From: an uncultured virus (IMG/VR IMGVR_UViG_3300044956_000873)
Taxonomy: Duplodnaviria > Heunggongvirae > Uroviricota > Caudoviricetes
Reading direction: 5' to 3' (one strand)
DNA: 55,319 nucleotides
IMG/VR virus record: IMGVR_UViG_3300044956_000873
The notes under the pieces are model-generated. The model was not told the origin of the DNA, did not search any database, and worked only from the letters and a program-made list of their open reading frames with translations. Both the position numbers and the translations under genes were made by a program. Below, one piece after another: positions 48,253 through 55,319 of the stretch. Each line of letters starts with the position of its first letter. Position 1 is the first letter of the stretch.

Positions 48253-48525
48253 ATGCCTAGTATACCACGCAAAAATATTATGAAAAAAATAATTATTAGC
48301 AAAAGGAATTTAGATTGCGTTAGGAAACAACGAGAGAATATACAATTAGACTACTGTTTCCCAGATGATTTAGACAGTAGGTTAAAGAGAGCTATTGATT
48401 TAAGAGAGGAGTTTTTAGACATCATACCTTTCAGTGCGCACGCAAAAAAAAATTGTGAGAACTATTTAGATGCTCTAGAAGCGGAGGACTATAAGACGTG
48501 TAATAGATTTTTTATAGAGGATTAA
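48253..48525 (+). CDS. hypothetical protein
   Basis: 90-aa ORF; alternative start at 48280. Confidence 0.55.
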   Translation: MPSIPRKNIMKKIIISKRNLDCVRKQRENIQLDYCFPDDLDSRLKRAIDLREEFLDIIPFSAHAKKNCENYLDALEAEDYKTCNRFFIED

Positions 48526-48548
48526 ATAAACATACAATAATAAATAAA

Positions 48549-48995
48549 ATGAAGGGCAAAATAATTATAGTTCGACCTGGAGGATCTGGAAAAGATTTTT
48601 TAAGAAAGAAATTGGTAGATAAAGGATTCTCCTATGGAGTTTCGTTTACAAGTAGACCTCCAAGAACGGCGGAAGTTAAAGGATCCGACTATTATTTTAG
48701 ATCTATTGATTTTTTTGAAGCTAATTCTGATTTGTTCCTGGAGCTTCAAGAATTTAATGGATGGAAATATGGAATATCTAAAGAAGAGTTCAATGAAAAA
48801 GATCTTTTTATTTTAAGTCCAGCAGGTCTAAGAAGTTTGCCTACAGAGCTTAGACAAATATCATTTGTTATTTATTTAAATCCGTCAGAAGAAACAAGAA
48901 TAGAAAGATTAAAGGGTAGGAATTACGCTGATAGTGTCGAAAGAAGATTAATTGCTGATAGAAAGGATTTTTTAAATTTTTGGACTATGATATAA
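48549..48995 (+). CDS. guanylate kinase-like protein, possibly damaged
   Basis: xPGGSGKD, SFTSRPPR, DYYF, FNGWKYG; apparent 1-nt deletion near the C-terminus. Confidence 0.75.
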   Translation: MKGKIIIVRPGGSGKDFLRKKLVDKGFSYGVSFTSRPPRTAEVKGSDYYFRSIDFFEANSDLFLELQEFNGWKYGISKEEFNEKDLFILSPAGLRSLPTELRQISFVIYLNPSEETRIERLKGRNYADSVERRLIADRKDFLNFWTMI

Positions 48996-49017
48996 TGATA
49001 ACAAATGAAGATTTTTA

Positions 49018-50154
49018 ATGACAACAGTAGTAGTAGACGGAAACTATATTTTCCATAAAACCTTTGGTATATTTTCGAGATTTGGCTCAAAAAATCCGGG
49101 AGATGTACTTTCTTCGGAAGCTGAAAGAAATATGTTTATAAGAAAGGTGATAACAGATTTATGTTATGCGCTAAAACAAATACCTGATATAAAACAGGTG
49201 ATATTTTGTAAAGATTCTAAATCTTGGAGAAAAGATTATAAAATTACAAGAAGCGTATATAAAGAAAGTAGAATAAAAGGGGAAGGTGTAGACTGGGGTT
49301 TATTCTTTAAAATCATGGATGAATTTTCAGAATATCTAGAACAGAATGGATTTATTTATAGTTCATATCAAGGAGCAGAAGGCGACGATTTAATATGGGC
49401 TTGGTGCGATCATCTTTCAAATAATGGTGAATCTGTTATAGTAATAAGTGGAGACAAAGACATGCACCAACTTGTTAAATATGATGATAGATCTTGGGTT
49501 GGAATATGGAATAGCAACTCAAAGAATAACAAATTAATAGTTTCTGAAAATTGGAAAACAGAATCAGAAGAAGAAACCACAATATTTGATGTTAACCCAA
49601 CTTCAGGATCAAACACTTCCAAAATGGAAAAACTACTTTCCTCTTGCACATTGGAAAGAATCGATACAAAGGAATACATTTTTAAAAAAATCCTAATGGG
49701 GGATAAAAAGGATGATGTGCCCGGCGTTTTTCCACACCAAACCAAAAACGGAAAAAATTCAAATATAGCAGAAGGGAAGGCTAATAAAATATGGGAGCTT
49801 TATAAAGAATCTGAATGGGTATCTTTTGATATGGAGGACCTATGGGACAATGACGACTTTCTTGGGTGGATATCGGGATTATCTCTTAGATTAATATCAC
49901 AGACTGACAATAGCGAGAACAGAAAGAAATTCAAAAATTTCTATGAAGAGAATGCTAGATTAGTTTGGATGAATTCTAGAACTTTACCAAGAAATATAGT
50001 AGAAGGATTAAAGAATCATATAAGTGAACTAGAATCTAAAGAAAAATTACCACTTATAATGGATAAAAAAGAAATGATAGAAAAATCACCTTGGGCTAAG
50101 GAATCAACTCCACCTAAGGGATTTGATCCTTTTTATTATTTAATTAATGAATAA
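49018..50154 (+). CDS. RNase H / 5'-3' exonuclease (T4 rnh-like)
   Basis: VVDGN, SWRK, YKESR, EGDDLI, SGDKDMHQL, GDKKDDVP. Confidence 0.88.
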   Translation: MTTVVVDGNYIFHKTFGIFSRFGSKNPGDVLSSEAERNMFIRKVITDLCYALKQIPDIKQVIFCKDSKSWRKDYKITRSVYKESRIKGEGVDWGLFFKIMDEFSEYLEQNGFIYSSYQGAEGDDLIWAWCDHLSNNGESVIVISGDKDMHQLVKYDDRSWVGIWNSNSKNNKLIVSENWKTESEEETTIFDVNPTSGSNTSKMEKLLSSCTLERIDTKEYIFKKILMGDKKDDVPGVFPHQTKNGKNSNIAEGKANKIWELYKESEWVSFDMEDLWDNDDFLGWISGLSLRLISQTDNSENRKKFKNFYEENARLVWMNSRTLPRNIVEGLKNHISELESKEKLPLIMDKKEMIEKSPWAKESTPPKGFDPFYYLINE

Positions 50155-50548
50155 TCCTTTCGACATAATAAAATCTTTTTATTCCAAATCCTGGGATAAA
50201 ATAAATGACAGAGATAAAGCTAGAAATTTATTTATGGTAAATAGGATATGTTCTATTGCTTATCCCTTACAGGCAAACTCCTTTAATAATATAAAAATAC
50301 AGGGAGAAAAAGTTATAGATTTCTGGAAGATATTTGTAAGACATCATAATAAAAGTGCTCCTTCCTGGATATGGACAAAAACAGTAAAGAAGGGAAAAGA
50401 GAAAGAGAAAAAAGAGTATAGAGAAGATGTTATAAACTTCATCAAAGAAAAATACGATCTATCAAATAGAGAAATAGAAGAACTGAAGAATTTTTTCCCT
50501 ACTAAATTTAATACTTTTTACAAGGAGATTGAAACGCTGATAAGTTAG
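50147..50548 (+). CDS. clamp loader small subunit (gp62-like)
   Basis: PFDII, FMVNRICS, ANSFN, IKEKYDLSNRE. Confidence 0.5.
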   Translation: MNNPFDIIKSFYSKSWDKINDRDKARNLFMVNRICSIAYPLQANSFNNIKIQGEKVIDFWKIFVRHHNKSAPSWIWTKTVKKGKEKEKKEYREDVINFIKEKYDLSNREIEELKNFFPTKFNTFYKEIETLIS

Positions 50549-50595
50549 ATTGATATTTAAATTCCGGATATATATTCTAAACATAATATTCTGGG

Positions 50596-53562
<2,967 letters not shown>

Positions 53563-53620
53563 CCTAGGAGGGGAAATATTTAAGGTATAAATACTAAGGA
53601 AAAAAAAGAATATAAATTAG

Positions 53621-55319
53621 ATGGCTCAAATATCAGGATTACCAGTAACAATGATAGCTAGTGTTGAACCTGGCTCTGTTAAGGTTGACAGTTACTATAA
53701 CAATCCATCTAGCGTTTGGAATGGGTTTCCCTCTAGCTTCAGTTGTGTATTAAATTTAATAGCTACCCCAACTTCACAGGAGCCTAATTTTACATTTAAC
53801 GCTCACGATCTTGTAAATGGTATGTGGCTTCTACAGCCGAATGGTAATGCTTTTTTAATTACATATGTTAATGTTATTAACAATCTAGAAGTAGATGTAG
53901 TTTTAAAAGACATAGATCTTTACAATTTAATAAGTGACTACACCGTATCTGGTAACAACTATCCAACTGAAGGAATTAATGGAATAACATTTGAAGTTTC
54001 AGAAGACGGAGCTCCTGTAACTGCTTTAATAGCAACTGCACTAGCACCAAACTTGGATGAAAATGGATATTGGATAGATGATGCTTTAGCTAGATTTCAA
54101 TTTAGAAACTTTGTTAAAGCTAGCTATAGTAACGTTTATTCTCCTAATCCAGAATATTCTTTATTCAATGTTGGTCAAGTAGTTTATTTAGAAATCTATG
54201 GTGTTTTTGACATAGTAGACACGACATCGATAAGTGAAGTAGAAAAAGCATTTGGTGTTATAACATCTGTAGATGAACCGGAAGCTGGTAATATAAACGT
54301 CCGTCCCTTCGGAAGAATAGTGACTACTACTTTTGCTCTTCCTGGTAGCATTGGTGAGGTGTTATATTTTGATAATACGGCTGCTCCCTCATATGTTACC
54401 AATATTAAACCGTTAGTAAATCCTATTCCTGTCTATATTAAAATTAGTGATTATGTGGGATCATATTTATATCCTGCTCAAGGAAGTGGGACAGGAACAA
54501 GTGGAACTTCTGGATCTTCAGGAACAAGTGGAAGCTCAGGATCTTCAGGAACAAATGGAACTTCTGGATCTTCTGGATCTTCGGGATCTTCAGGAACAGA
54601 TGGAACTAGCGGCACGTCTGCATTCGATGGCAATGACGGATCAAACTCAGGTAGATGGGAATATGATTCAGTCATGGGTGCAATTAACGGAAAATTTAGT
54701 ACTGACTATTCTACAATATCATCTGTCACACAAATCCAAATCAATCAGTTTGACTATAACGGAGTCGATTATAGTGCGTGGTTACAAATCGTTGAATCCC
54801 TAAATTTAAGTGCAAATAATATTTTCATACAAATTACTGAAGTTGGTAGTAATAATATAATAGGTATATGGGCAATCGTTTCGGCGTTCTATCAAGTAGG
54901 AGCTAACAATAAATTATTATTGACGGTTTTTTTTATTAGTGGTAGTGGAACACTAACACCATCAACTAATTATACGATAACTTACGTTTATAATGGATCT
55001 AATGGCAGTGACGGAACTTCTGGATCTTCGGGATCTTCAGGAACAGATGGAACTAGTGGAACTTCTGGATCTTCAGGAACAGATGGAACTAGTGGAACTT
55101 CTGGATCTTCGGGATCTTCAGGAACAGATGGAACTAGTGGAACATCTGGATCTTCAGGAACAAGTGGAAGCTCAGGATCTTCAGGAACAGATGGAACTAG
55201 TGGAACTTCTGGATCTTCAGGAACAGATGGAACTAGTGGAACATCTGGATCTTCGGGATCTTCAGGAACAGATGGAACTAGTGGAACTTCTGGATCTTCG
55301 GGAACAAGTGGAAGCTCAG
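53621..55319 (+). CDS. fibre protein with GTSGSS repeats, 3'-truncated by window
   Basis: ATG 53621 (MAQISGLPVT...) open to the window end; TATAAATA at 53586; absent from the ORF track because it has no stop. Confidence 0.8.
   Translation, partial: MAQISGLPVTMIASVEPGSVKVDSYYNNPSSVWNGFPSSFSCVLNLIATPTSQEPNFTFNAHDLVNGMWLLQPNGNAFLITYVNVINNLEVDVVLKDIDLYNLISDYTVSGNNYPTEGINGITFEVSEDGAPVTALIATALAPNLDENGYWIDDALARFQFRNFVKASYSNVYSPNPEYSLFNVGQVVYLEIYGVFDIVDTTSISEVEKAFGVITSVDEPEAGNINVRPFGRIVTTTFALPGSIGEVLYFDNTAAPSYVTNIKPLVNPIPVYIKISDYVGSYLYPAQGSGTGTSGTSGSSGTSGSSGSSGTNGTSGSSGSSGSSGTDGTSGTSAFDGNDGSNSGRWEYDSVMGAINGKFSTDYSTISSVTQIQINQFDYNGVDYSAWLQIVESLNLSANNIFIQITEVGSNNIIGIWAIVSAFYQVGANNKLLLTVFFISGSGTLTPSTNYTITYVYNGSNGSDGTSGSSGSSGTDGTSGTSGSSGTDGTSGTSGSSGSSGTDGTSGTSGSSGTSGSSGSSGTDGTSGTSGSSGTDGTSGTSGSSGSSGTDGTSGTSGSSGTSGSS
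55012..55319 (+). repeat. tandem 9-nt-unit repeats (GGAACTTCT, GGATCTTCR, GGAACAGAT, GGAACTAGT)
   Basis: Encodes G-T/S-S/D triplets; near-identical block at 54494-54610. Confidence 0.9.

Noticed and set aside
54494..55319. CRISPR array
   Set aside because: Repeats are in-frame 9-nt coding units with no unique spacers

Overview
AT-rich segment of a T4-like jumbo myophage, most likely infecting Bacteroidota (host inferred from repeated TAnnTTTG promoters). Positions 1-11.8 kb are accessory: rhomboid protease, two partly decayed tRNA clusters, HNH nuclease, GMP reductase/IMPDH-family enzyme, thymidylate-synthase-family enzyme, SLT-like protein, pre-toxin-like protein and SET-domain protein. Replication and recombination genes follow: UvsX, gp41 helicase, gp47/gp46, ligase, clamp loader and RNase H. 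The morphogenesis genes are gp15, gp14, TerS/TerL, sheath, two tail tubes, gp26/gp51-like, gp4, gp2, two tandem full-length portals and G-X-Y repeat fibres. There are two phage sigma factors. The most striking unexplained structure lies upstream of each tRNA cluster: promoter, short leader ORF, mutually exclusive antiterminator/terminator hairpins, then a boxA-like sequence. Each leader's synonymous codon choice matches the anticodons of its own cluster, suggesting ribosome-mediated attenuation that switches on phage tRNAs when tRNA supply fails. Other highlights are an unannotated pseudoknotted ncRNA at the head of cluster 2, a probable programmed -1 frameshift in a prohead-core-like gene, three promoter classes, tRNA-Ile(UAU), and a TS-family enzyme carrying the dCMP-specifying Asp. 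All calls come from manual motif reading; no searches or folding programs were run.
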